A stretch of DNA of 49,878 bases from Pseudomonadota bacterium (GTDB lineage: Bacteria; Pseudomonadota; Gammaproteobacteria; UBA4575), in contig JBCCEI010000001.1 in assembly GCA_039030355.1 (NCBI GenBank), positions 1 to 49,878 of the forward strand, given 5' to 3'. Shown here one piece after another: positions 34,921 through 43,602 of the stretch. The notes under the pieces were generated by a model. The model was not told where the DNA came from. It did no database searches and was given only the letters and a program-made list of their open reading frames with translations. The first letter of the stretch is position 1. The number at the start of each line of letters is the position of its first letter. The translations under genes and the position numbers were made by a program.

Positions 34921-35087
34921 GACCTTGGCAACGTAACAGAATAGCGTTGGTTATAGTGATTTTACTCTCTGTAGTAATTATTAATCTACCGATGCTGACG
35001 CTTGCACAAGCCATTTCTCTGATCATTTTATTGGTAGTTTTATTTGCAGCTTACGTTTTATTTTGGAACTCTTATAAAAGTAAATAA
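34917..35087 (+). CDS. Candidate 56-aa two-TM membrane protein (not in the ORF track)
   Basis: ATGA start/stop overlap with the rhodanese gene. Manual translation MRPWQRNRIALVIVILLSVVIINLPMLTLAQAISLIILLVVLFAAYVLFWNSYKSK. Confidence 0.45.
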   Translation: MRPWQRNRIALVIVILLSVVIINLPMLTLAQAISLIILLVVLFAAYVLFWNSYKSK

Positions 35088-35088
35088 T

Positions 35089-35874
35089 TTATAGCCAAGG
35101 TTCACATTTCTTAATTAACTCAGCCTGATTGCTTGCATTTAATCTCAGCCTTGCATGTCTGAGTTGATTTTCTATGGTTCGTACAGACTTGCTAAGTTGT
35201 TCCGCAATTTTTTTATAGCTCAACCCTTCTGATGCCAGTCGAATGGCGTCTAACTCAGATTCACTGGGCTTTTTGAACATTTGGTGCATCGTTGGGTTGT
35301 GCCAATAGTTACTAATCCCAGCTAGTGGCGCAAAAAATTCTGTGCAAAATTGATGCATAAATTCCACCTCTGTCTCTGTCCACGTATGCTCTTTTTGTGC
35401 ATGGTCAACACATGCAATGCCAATCGGTTCTTTATCCCAAATCAAACGTTGAAGCATCATTGATTTACAATGAATCGTATCAAGTATCTCGCGAACTTCA
35501 TCAAGTAGAGGATTACTTGCAACCGCTTCATATGTTACCGGGGTACGACTTCTCCACACACGTTGCATCACTTCGTGCTGATTGGATATAACAAAATTTT
35601 CCACTGATGGTGGTTGGGTTTGCGGGCTGCAATATTCGGATAATGGCGTATATTCGCGATCGGTAGGAACTGCAAACCCTGCATCCGCCCTGCATGTATC
35701 TAAATGACTACCCAGATAGCTTAATGCAATGCGCACAGTCTCTGTTGGATTTTCAATAGCCAAAATCATATGCGCGACACAATCCAACATGTTTCCAGGA
35801 GTGGTTTGGTAATTACCATCTATAAAGTGCAGTTTTAATGCCTTGGTGGATGGCGGCTCTTGTTTAAAGTTCAT
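35089..35874 (-). CDS. LuxR-family transcriptional regulator with uncharacterised (GAF-like?) N-terminal sensor domain
   Basis: 261 aa. C-terminal HTH (LSYKKIAEQLSKSVRTIENQLRHARLRLNASNQAELI). Divergent from the cupin gene. Confidence 0.7.
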   Translation of the reverse strand: MNFKQEPPSTKALKLHFIDGNYQTTPGNMLDCVAHMILAIENPTETVRIALSYLGSHLDTCRADAGFAVPTDREYTPLSEYCSPQTQPPSVENFVISNQHEVMQRVWRSRTPVTYEAVASNPLLDEVREILDTIHCKSMMLQRLIWDKEPIGIACVDHAQKEHTWTETEVEFMHQFCTEFFAPLAGISNYWHNPTMHQMFKKPSESELDAIRLASEGLSYKKIAEQLSKSVRTIENQLRHARLRLNASNQAELIKKCEPWL

Positions 35875-35996
35875 GCAAGTTATTCATATTTGATTAGAAA
35901 ACCAAAATTTACTTTTTCTGTTAGGGGTTTATTGTCATGTATTAGCTTAGCAAATCTCTTTACTATGATTTCCATCAAGAATAACAGAGAAAACCA

Positions 35997-36431
35997 ATGT
36001 CAAAACTTAAAATTACTCGCTTTATAACTATTTCAATAGTTTTATTCTTCACAAGCATTATTTCGGTTCATGCACATGATGCGTTAATGAAACATCATCC
36101 GAACGCACAGGAAAAAGATATTGCCTCATTAAATGTAGATGGCGTAAACGCATTTTTAGAAGATATCGTCGCTTCAAACGATCCAAATGCACCAATAAGC
36201 TGTGGGCTATTTCGTATGGAGAAAGGTAATCCACTCGAATATACCTATAGCTATGATGAAGCAAAGATCATCCTTGACGGCGAAATGACTATTTCTGAGG
36301 TTGGTGGTGAAACAATAGAAGCTAAAGCAGGTGATATTTTGTATTTTGAAGAAGGTGCAAAAATAACATTCACAAGCAAATCGAGTGGGCTTGGTTTTTA
36401 TTGCGGACAACGCGACGCGGCAGGCCTATAA
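35997..36431 (+). CDS. Exported cupin-domain protein
   Basis: 144 aa. Signal peptide (..ISVHAHD), then a cupin beta-barrel pattern (GLFRMEKGNPLEYTYSYDEAKIILDGEMTI..GDILYFEEGAKITF). Confidence 0.6.
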   Translation: MSKLKITRFITISIVLFFTSIISVHAHDALMKHHPNAQEKDIASLNVDGVNAFLEDIVASNDPNAPISCGLFRMEKGNPLEYTYSYDEAKIILDGEMTISEVGGETIEAKAGDILYFEEGAKITFTSKSSGLGFYCGQRDAAGL

Positions 36432-36455
36432 AAAACCTTTTTGGCAAAGAGGTAG

Positions 36456-37925
36456 ATGGAGAAATTAACCATGCAAAAATTATTTTTAGTTTTAATTGCA
36501 TTACTACTTAGCGCAACAATTGTATATGCAGATGAAAAAACCTTGTTACCGATTGAAGGTGACCTTACCGATATCACTGGCAATGATCCTTACTATTACA
36601 CGAGAGACCAAATAATCGATGAGGAACATCCTGAAAAAGAAGTTATTGGTGTTGGACGGGTAAAAACAACCCACTCAAAAATTCCCCATCTACCTATTTT
36701 TTCGGGTTATATGAACACGAATTACACGTACCGCTTTGTAAATGTTGTAGAACAAACTTTTACAATGGTCGGAGAAGGTAAACATGGTTTATGGCGAGTG
36801 CAAGATAATGGAATGATTCGTGAGTACCGAAAAAAGAATACAAAAGGGATTATGGATGGCGCTGATATCTTTGCTGAAGAAAATTTAGCAACAATTGCAA
36901 ATCAATACAGTCATTACATTCCAGAAGAAAGTTGGGATGGTTACAAGCATCCACATCAACGTATAGCACTAGATGGCAGTTTAAATTTTATAGATTTACC
37001 ACTTGATCATCCTAAATATGGAGATAAGTACTCACAGCATGTGCCAATAGATTTACCTCACTTTTATTGCACCATGTCCGCTAACCGCTACCCGTATGCA
37101 AAAAAGGCCATTGATTATGCATTTAATCAATCGGGTGCCGGTGAAGTGGGTCCTTTAGGTAAACGTGCGGGTTTAGATGTAAATGAGCTATACACAAAAG
37201 TATTGCGAATTGATCTTTTCCCAGATGCGCGTGCCTGGATTAATGTTGGTGGTGAAGATGAGTCCACCGTTAACTGGCAAGCCGTAGATGTAAGCAAAAC
37301 AGACACAGAGTTTTATTTAATTGAAAGGCCCTTTTTTAATGAGCCATATTTATTCATCACTGCGGTATTTAATAATAAAGACAACCAGGATTTTCAATAC
37401 GTACGCCCTGATGGTGCTTATTATGCGTCACTGGAAGACATGGCTAAGCAAGTTAAAACTGAGGTAACCCATGAGCCAAGATTTCATTTAGAAAATGGCG
37501 AACTCGCCGCAGCGAAAGGGTTGCCAATTTACGGCGTACATCATCCAAATCGTGCTGCTTTTGGTGGCGGTGGCGCATGCCCTTTAAAAGGTGGCGACTG
37601 GAGTAACTATCCAAAAACCACAGGTGCAGCGGGCTGGCCAACCAACTACGAAGAAATAACACCACTCTGTGATGGCGTTTTAGTAGACATTAAGTTTTAT
37701 GCAAATCTTGATGGTAAAAGCTGGAATGATCCAAACAAGTACTTAGCCAACGCGGGCCATGGCTCTGAAGAAGTAGTATACAAAGTAGAACCTGGTGAAT
37801 ATGGCGTATTCACAGATCCGTATAACGTAGAACGTGGCGTAAAAAATCCAGATGCAGAAGCCCTAAGCGGCGAAGTAAAACTGAAGTACCCAACAGTTGA
37901 GCCCCCCGTTACACCAATACATTAG
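36456..37925 (+). CDS. Exported hypothetical protein (489 aa)
   Basis: Signal peptide (MQKLFLVLIALLLSATIVYADE). No family recognised. Gly-rich segment FGGGGACPLKGGDW. Lies between the cupin and peroxidase-like genes. Confidence 0.6.
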   Translation: MEKLTMQKLFLVLIALLLSATIVYADEKTLLPIEGDLTDITGNDPYYYTRDQIIDEEHPEKEVIGVGRVKTTHSKIPHLPIFSGYMNTNYTYRFVNVVEQTFTMVGEGKHGLWRVQDNGMIREYRKKNTKGIMDGADIFAEENLATIANQYSHYIPEESWDGYKHPHQRIALDGSLNFIDLPLDHPKYGDKYSQHVPIDLPHFYCTMSANRYPYAKKAIDYAFNQSGAGEVGPLGKRAGLDVNELYTKVLRIDLFPDARAWINVGGEDESTVNWQAVDVSKTDTEFYLIERPFFNEPYLFITAVFNNKDNQDFQYVRPDGAYYASLEDMAKQVKTEVTHEPRFHLENGELAAAKGLPIYGVHHPNRAAFGGGGACPLKGGDWSNYPKTTGAAGWPTNYEEITPLCDGVLVDIKFYANLDGKSWNDPNKYLANAGHGSEEVVYKVEPGEYGVFTDPYNVERGVKNPDAEALSGEVKLKYPTVEPPVTPIH

Positions 37926-38047
37926 ATTAATTTTGCGCAAGCAAAAATCCCCTATAAGCACTGTGTTATAGGGGATTCAATTACTGCTCACAACTATGCC
38001 GAACTGCATATTTAAGTATTAATAGTCATCATTACTATTTAGAGCTT

Positions 38048-39733
38048 ATGAGACTACTCGTCATATTTGCTTTGTTTTTCGCAGCGCATTCTTATTCACA
38101 CGCAGAAGAATTAGACCCACCTGAAATTTTATTAGGTGAACGTTTATTTCTAGAAACTCGCTTTGCACAATATTTTGCAGTCCAGCTTGAGAAAAATTCC
38201 GATGTAAATGTACCATTGAAAAAAGGTGACCCAGCACTTGATAAAACTGCAAGATTTTTTGGTCTACCGCCTTATCAAATACCGTTCGCCGATGGCCCCT
38301 ATGCTGGACAAAGCTTCAATTGCAGAGCATGTCATTTAGTTGACGAACATCTGGAGCAATCCGAATTGGGCATGCGCTCTTACTCTGATTATGCTTCACG
38401 CAGTCCATTACCCGTTCGCAATGATGGTATGACTGTCACAGTAAGAAATTCGCCTGCATTGGTTGATGCATCATTGCCAAGAAGAAATTTTATTTTGCAT
38501 TTTGATGGTGAGTTTAATTCTTTAGAACAACTTGTCGGCAGCACACTTACAAATCGAAACCTTGGTTGGTTGCCCAGTGAAAAAGAACAGGCTATTGAAC
38601 ATATTTGTAAAGTAATGCGCGAAGATAATGGTACAAGTGAGTTAGCGGAAGAATTTGGAGGCTTTTCTTATAACGAAGTTTTTGCAGGTAAGACTAAAGA
38701 TGGTGAAATTATAGGAAAGGATTATATACTACCTGAATCATTGCGAATCAATTTACGGAATAGTGATTGCGATGCTGTTTTTAACTCTACAGTAAAATTA
38801 ATTGCAATTTATACCGAAGACTTGGTTTTTGCGCAGGATGAATCGATCATTTCTCCATATGATTTATTTCTAAAAATTAACAAGCTACCTGCACAAGCAA
38901 ATGAAAATGAAACGCATCTTGCCTACAGCAAACGACTGATACAAGAAATCGATGAGCTCGAAAAACAGAAAAAATTACAATTTGTTAAACAAAACCCAAA
39001 CACTGGCGATGAAACCTTTCAATTCCATGATCAGGTATTTGAGTTTGATAGTAAACAACTTGCCGGTATGCGTATATTCTTTTCAAGTGCAGACGATAGT
39101 GAAGAAACAACGACTGAAGCTTCAACAGGCAACTGCATTGCGTGCCACGCGGCACCGCATTTCACTGATTTTGGCATTCATAACATAGGTATTACACAAG
39201 TAGAATTTGATGCCCTGCATGGAGAAAATGCATTTAATAGATTAAGTATTCCTAATCTTTCCCAACGAGAGAAAAAAGCCGATCTCTTCCTACCTGCATC
39301 AAATAAAAATCCAGAACGTAATGGTGTGTTTAGAAAAATTCCGTCAAAAATGAATCCGATGGCAACTGACTTAGGCGTTTGGAATATATTGTTCAACTCT
39401 GACTTTCCATTGTCGCAAGAGAGTTTATATAATTTAATTTGCATAAAAGAAGGCGAAGTTTTATGTAAATCTAGAGATGACACACTAAAGAAAAGTATTG
39501 CTCTATTTAAAACACCTGGGTTGCGTAACTTAGGTCATTCCGCCCCATATATGCACAATGGACAAATTAGCGATTTACATGCGGTGATTAGCTTTTACCT
39601 AGCCATTTCAATCAATACTAGGCAAGGACTGGTTAGAAATCCTGATCAAGACATCGCTAACATCAATATCAAACCAAGCGACATCGGTCCATTAGCAGCA
39701 TTTTTAATTTCTTTATATGAAGACTATAACTAG
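38048..39733 (+). CDS. Di-heme cytochrome c peroxidase / MauG-family protein (long form)
   Basis: 561 aa. Signal peptide, two CxxCH motifs (NCRACH, NCIACH) and the family motif PGLRNLGHSAPYMHNG. Carries a large insertion between the heme domains. Confidence 0.75.
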   Translation: MRLLVIFALFFAAHSYSHAEELDPPEILLGERLFLETRFAQYFAVQLEKNSDVNVPLKKGDPALDKTARFFGLPPYQIPFADGPYAGQSFNCRACHLVDEHLEQSELGMRSYSDYASRSPLPVRNDGMTVTVRNSPALVDASLPRRNFILHFDGEFNSLEQLVGSTLTNRNLGWLPSEKEQAIEHICKVMREDNGTSELAEEFGGFSYNEVFAGKTKDGEIIGKDYILPESLRINLRNSDCDAVFNSTVKLIAIYTEDLVFAQDESIISPYDLFLKINKLPAQANENETHLAYSKRLIQEIDELEKQKKLQFVKQNPNTGDETFQFHDQVFEFDSKQLAGMRIFFSSADDSEETTTEASTGNCIACHAAPHFTDFGIHNIGITQVEFDALHGENAFNRLSIPNLSQREKKADLFLPASNKNPERNGVFRKIPSKMNPMATDLGVWNILFNSDFPLSQESLYNLICIKEGEVLCKSRDDTLKKSIALFKTPGLRNLGHSAPYMHNGQISDLHAVISFYLAISINTRQGLVRNPDQDIANINIKPSDIGPLAAFLISLYEDYN

Positions 39734-39739
39734 CGAGTA

Positions 39740-40213
39740 ATGAATATATTCGTATTAGATCGAAATATTGAAAAATGTGCCCAATATCACTGCGATCAGC
39801 ATGTTTCAAAAATGATCCTCGAAAGTGTGCAGATGTTATGCACCAGCCTAAACAAAAAAGGCTTTCAAACCCCATATAAATCAACTCACGTAAAACACCC
39901 TTGTGTATTATGGGTTGAAGAAAGTTACAGTAATTTTTTATGGCTAAAGAAACTTGCGATCGAACTTAATCGAGAATTTACTTATCGATACGATAGAAAC
40001 GAAGATCACGCTTCCATTAAAGTCATCAAAAATATTGAAAATCAAAAATTTCCAGATATTGGTCTAACTGAATTTGCACAGGCCATGCCAGATGAGTATA
40101 AATTTAAAAATAATCCTGTAAGAGCATATCGCAATTTTTATCGTGGCGAAAAAAGTAAGTTTGCAAAATGGACAAAACGCCCTATACCTAAATGGATGAA
40201 CAGTCGTAACTAA
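39740..40213 (+). CDS. Conserved-looking hypothetical protein (157 aa)
   Basis: MNIFVLDRNIEKCAQYHCDQHVSKMILESVQMLCT. I remember this N-terminal pattern from an uncharacterised family but cannot name it reliably. Confidence 0.55.
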   Translation: MNIFVLDRNIEKCAQYHCDQHVSKMILESVQMLCTSLNKKGFQTPYKSTHVKHPCVLWVEESYSNFLWLKKLAIELNREFTYRYDRNEDHASIKVIKNIENQKFPDIGLTEFAQAMPDEYKFKNNPVRAYRNFYRGEKSKFAKWTKRPIPKWMNSRN

Positions 40214-40246
40214 AAAAAAGCCCTACTATATTGTAGGGCTTCAAAA
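40212..40246. terminator. Rho-independent terminator hairpin, stronger on the minus strand
   Basis: AAGCCCTAC (40218-40226), 6-nt loop, GTAGGGCTT (40233-40241). The A8 run on the + strand gives a U8 tract for minus-strand transcripts. Only a weak tcaaaa follows on the + strand. Confidence 0.65.
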
Positions 40247-40301
40247 TACGCAGGGGGTTAAATGAAGAATCTGCGTACTAATCCATTATGGATAGTAATT
40301 G

Positions 40302-40412
40302 TTAAAAAATTAATAACATTAGACCAAATACAGCTGTCGTTACTACTGTAAACAACAACAAGTCTGGTAGTAATATATTGTATGCGAATGCATTTTCAGC
40401 ATTAGTTGTCAT
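40302..40412 (-). CDS. Candidate 36-aa single-TM micro-protein (not in the ORF track)
   Basis: Manual translation MTTNAENAFAYNILLPDLLLFTVVTTAVFGLMLLIF. GAGGA RBS about 8 nt upstream. The minus-strand terminator lies about 55 nt downstream. Confidence 0.35.
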   Translation of the reverse strand: MTTNAENAFAYNILLPDLLLFTVVTTAVFGLMLLIF

Positions 40413-40864
40413 GGTTAAATCCTCTAGATTTTAAAGTTATGGGTTAAAAAAGTCCTGCTTAAAACATTGCATCCAAGCTTAGTGTTAGATGGGGCCAACC
40501 ACATTTAGTTCAAGCTATCGATATGAATCTTTTCTATATGAAAGAATTAATATCTTTATTTGCAATCGGGCTCAAACAGCTCTTTGCTTAATGATTTGCA
40601 AATGCTATGCCAATTCCACATTAACAAAGAATTCATATACTTACTCGAGCATACGTTTCACGATTGATATTGCTGCACTTTCATTGTGCGAAAAGTGTTT
40701 CATTTTTGAGCAAGCAATAGCCTCTGCTAGCCGAATGCATTCATTTAAGTCTCAAAATTAGATTAGCTAGCGAAAATTAATAAATTATTACCGCGTAATG
40801 ACGTTTTTATAACAAATGACGTATTGCCGAACAGCAACACAAAATTCTAATACTCAATTACACC

Positions 40865-41254
40865 TTAAACATAATGTTTGTGGTCTTTGCGCCTCGTACC
40901 AGCACGCTGCACAATAACCCCTCTAACCGCATCTTTATTCTTTAGAGGTATTTCTTCATATCCTTGCTTAAGGGCACGCAAATAATAACGGTCATTCTCA
41001 ATTATAAGCTGACGAAAAATATATTCTTCATCCACCATAGCCAAAACATAGCTTCCACTTTCTACAGCAGCGGCAGAATCGATAATAATGATACAACCGT
41101 CTTTAAACTCTGGCTCCATACTGTCACCCATTACACGAAGAGCAAACGGTTCCGAGTTTGCACAGCCTCCATGATCTGACAAATCTGCTTGTAGAATTTG
41201 CTGTTTAACTTCGTCTTTTGAATCACTCATCATTGCTATTGTACGTACATGCAT
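40865..41254 (-). CDS. S24 (LexA/UmuD-like) peptidase-fold protein without an HTH domain
   Basis: 129 aa. Ser motif MGDSMEPEF. By-eye alignment to LexA places Arg (EYIFRQL) where the catalytic Lys (VTVKRL) sits. Starts 4 nt after the ABC exporter stop. Confidence 0.65.
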   Translation of the reverse strand: MHVRTIAMMSDSKDEVKQQILQADLSDHGGCANSEPFALRVMGDSMEPEFKDGCIIIIDSAAAVESGSYVLAMVDEEYIFRQLIIENDRYYLRALKQGYEEIPLKNKDAVRGVIVQRAGTRRKDHKHYV

Positions 41255-41258
41255 ACAA

Positions 41259-43076
41259 TCACACTAGAGAACCATCCTTGGGATTTGCTTCCTGACTAAG
41301 GCGCTCTTCTTGTTGCAAAGCCCACATGTTGGAATATATGCCATTTTGAGAGAGGAGATCACGATGGTTTCCGGTTTCCACCACACGACCTTGATCAAAA
41401 ACATAAATTGAGTCAGCATCCACAATAGTAGAAAGTCGATGCGCTATCACCAAAGTAGTCACACCTTTAGTCACTTCTTTCATGGCATTCAGAATCATAC
41501 TTTCTGATTGCGAATCCAGACTGGATGTGGCCTCATCAAATATAACGATTCGAGGTTTTTTTAATACTGCACGTGCAATCGCTATACGCTGTTTTTCACC
41601 TCCCGATAACTTTAAACCTCGTTCACCCACAACTGTTTCATACTGTTGTGGCAATTGTTCAATAAAATCGTGGATATTTGCTAATCGTGCTGCTTGCTCA
41701 ATTTCTTCTTTACCTGCATCAGGTCTTGCATACTGAATGTTGAAATAAATGCTTTCATTGAACAGCACGGTATCTTGCGGCACCACTGCAATATTTTCAT
41801 GTAAGCTTTGTTGGGTACATTCACGCACATCCTGCCCATCAATTCGCACTGCACCCTCACTAACGTCATAAAAACGGAAAAGTAGTCGGGCAATCGTTGA
41901 TTTACCTGCACCCGATGCACCGACTACCGCAACTTTATGACCAGAAGGTATGGTAAATGATACGTCTTTTAGAATTTCCCGATCTTGATTATAAGAAAAC
42001 GAAACGTGATCGAACTCAATCTGTGCTGCAGTTACATTCAATTGTGTTGCATTTTCAGAATCTTTAATCTCAGTATCTTTTTCTAACAACTTCACCAACA
42101 TATCCATATCAGCAAGTGAATAAGTGATTTGTCGATACACAATACCTAGCGTATTGAGCGGCACAAACAGTTGCAGCATAAGTGCATTGACTAACACCAA
42201 GTCACCTAATGTCATCGAGCCATCTGTCACACCATCGGCAGCAAAAATCATAATAATGGTGACTCCGATCGCAATGATAAAAGCCTGACCAAAATTCAAC
42301 ATCGACATAGTAGTGATACTTTTAACCGCTGCATTTTCCCAATGCGAAAGTGTTTCTCCATAACGCGATAACTCATAACGTTCATTATTAAAATATTTCA
42401 CCGTTTCATAATTCAACAAACTATCCACTGCAATTGAATTAGCTTGTGAATCCAAGCGGTTCATTTCATGGCGATACTTCATACGCCAATTCGTCACTAG
42501 CAAGGTAAAACCAATGTATAAAATCACTGTCGCCAACGTTGCGAAAGAAAACTTCAACGCATAAGCGCCTAGTAAAATCGCTGCTACCAAGCCTAGCTCG
42601 ACAAAGGTAGGCAAAATGATAAAAACCATATAATTAATGATTGAAGACAGACTTTGCGTACCGCGCTCCAGGTCACGAGTAATTGAACCGGTCTGCCGTT
42701 CTAAATGAAAACGCAATGGCAGATTATGTAAATGCTCTAATACACGCGTAGAAAGTTTTTGAATTGCGCGATAGCGCACACGTGCAAATAAAACATCACG
42801 TAATTCATTAAACAATGCCGTTGTAAGACGTAAAGCGCCATAAGCCAGCAACAAGCCCAACGGTAATATCAACAAACTCGCTTCTACATCGAGTGTGTCA
42901 ACAATACGCTTTAAAATGAGTGGAACTGCAACCGTTGCGACCTTGGCAATAATCAAACAACCCAGTGCAATGAGTACGCGCCAGCGGTAGGCCCAAACAT
43001 ACGGAAACATGCGCAATATATTTTTAAAATCGGCACGTTGTTTATGCGGTTCTTCAGTGCGTGGATGAAATGGCAT
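41259..43076 (-). CDS. ABC exporter, fused permease-ATPase, Atm1/HMT1 type
   Basis: 605 aa with six N-terminal TM helices. LNYETVKYFNNE motif, Walker A GASGAGKST, signature LSGGEKQR, Walker B IVIFDEATS. Confidence 0.85.
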   Translation of the reverse strand: MPFHPRTEEPHKQRADFKNILRMFPYVWAYRWRVLIALGCLIIAKVATVAVPLILKRIVDTLDVEASLLILPLGLLLAYGALRLTTALFNELRDVLFARVRYRAIQKLSTRVLEHLHNLPLRFHLERQTGSITRDLERGTQSLSSIINYMVFIILPTFVELGLVAAILLGAYALKFSFATLATVILYIGFTLLVTNWRMKYRHEMNRLDSQANSIAVDSLLNYETVKYFNNERYELSRYGETLSHWENAAVKSITTMSMLNFGQAFIIAIGVTIIMIFAADGVTDGSMTLGDLVLVNALMLQLFVPLNTLGIVYRQITYSLADMDMLVKLLEKDTEIKDSENATQLNVTAAQIEFDHVSFSYNQDREILKDVSFTIPSGHKVAVVGASGAGKSTIARLLFRFYDVSEGAVRIDGQDVRECTQQSLHENIAVVPQDTVLFNESIYFNIQYARPDAGKEEIEQAARLANIHDFIEQLPQQYETVVGERGLKLSGGEKQRIAIARAVLKKPRIVIFDEATSSLDSQSESMILNAMKEVTKGVTTLVIAHRLSTIVDADSIYVFDQGRVVETGNHRDLLSQNGIYSNMWALQQEERLSQEANPKDGSLV

Positions 43077-43440
43077 TCTTTTACTTTACTTAATATCGAC
43101 TCATACGCTCATGTATGAATTTGCATGTAATTTAATTTATTAATCATCTAGAAAAATGATCGCTAAAATACATAAAGCACCAGCCTGAAAACGCCTGCAG
43201 GAATCTTCATACTTAAAACGGCTTTATGAAAAAATAAACGGTCGTTTTGAGGCTTAATTTTTTACTATCGATCAATTTTGAACAAAAAATTTATAAAACT
43301 TTTCTATCGATTCGATCGAAAGATTTTAAGTCAGATTGAACAAAAAAGGCTTGCAATTTAGCAACCCCACAAACGTTTGGGATATTTTTCGTTAATTTGC
43401 ATGGTTAAACCGTTTATCCACAGGATTTCCCGCCTAATAC

Positions 43441-43456
43441 ACACAAGATGTTGTGC
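43441..43456. promoter_or_regulatory. Candidate NrdR box upstream of nrdA
   Basis: ACACAAGATGTTGTGC fits ACAC-n8-GTGY of the 16-bp NrdR palindrome, about 150 nt upstream of the nrdA ATG. No convincing second box was found at the usual spacing. Confidence 0.3.
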
Positions 43457-43602
43457 TTGACGGAAATCACACCCCAATTTATAGTATTCCCTGTTCACCG
43501 CTGTCCACTTCAGTCTTACCTGAAGCTAATAAAAACAAATCCAAGGGCACGTGAAAAAGGGATTTTAAAACAATAACTTACAATACTAAGCTGAGAGACC
43601 AG

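Noticed and set aside
40420-40864. About 445 bp without a convincing ORF, containing a direct repeat AATGACGT-n10-AATGACGT (40797-40822). Considered as an ncRNA or regulatory region.
   Set aside because: I saw no recognisable RNA family, promoter/terminator pair or extended structure. The + strand ORF 40489..40761 has an implausible composition. It is left unannotated rather than guessed.
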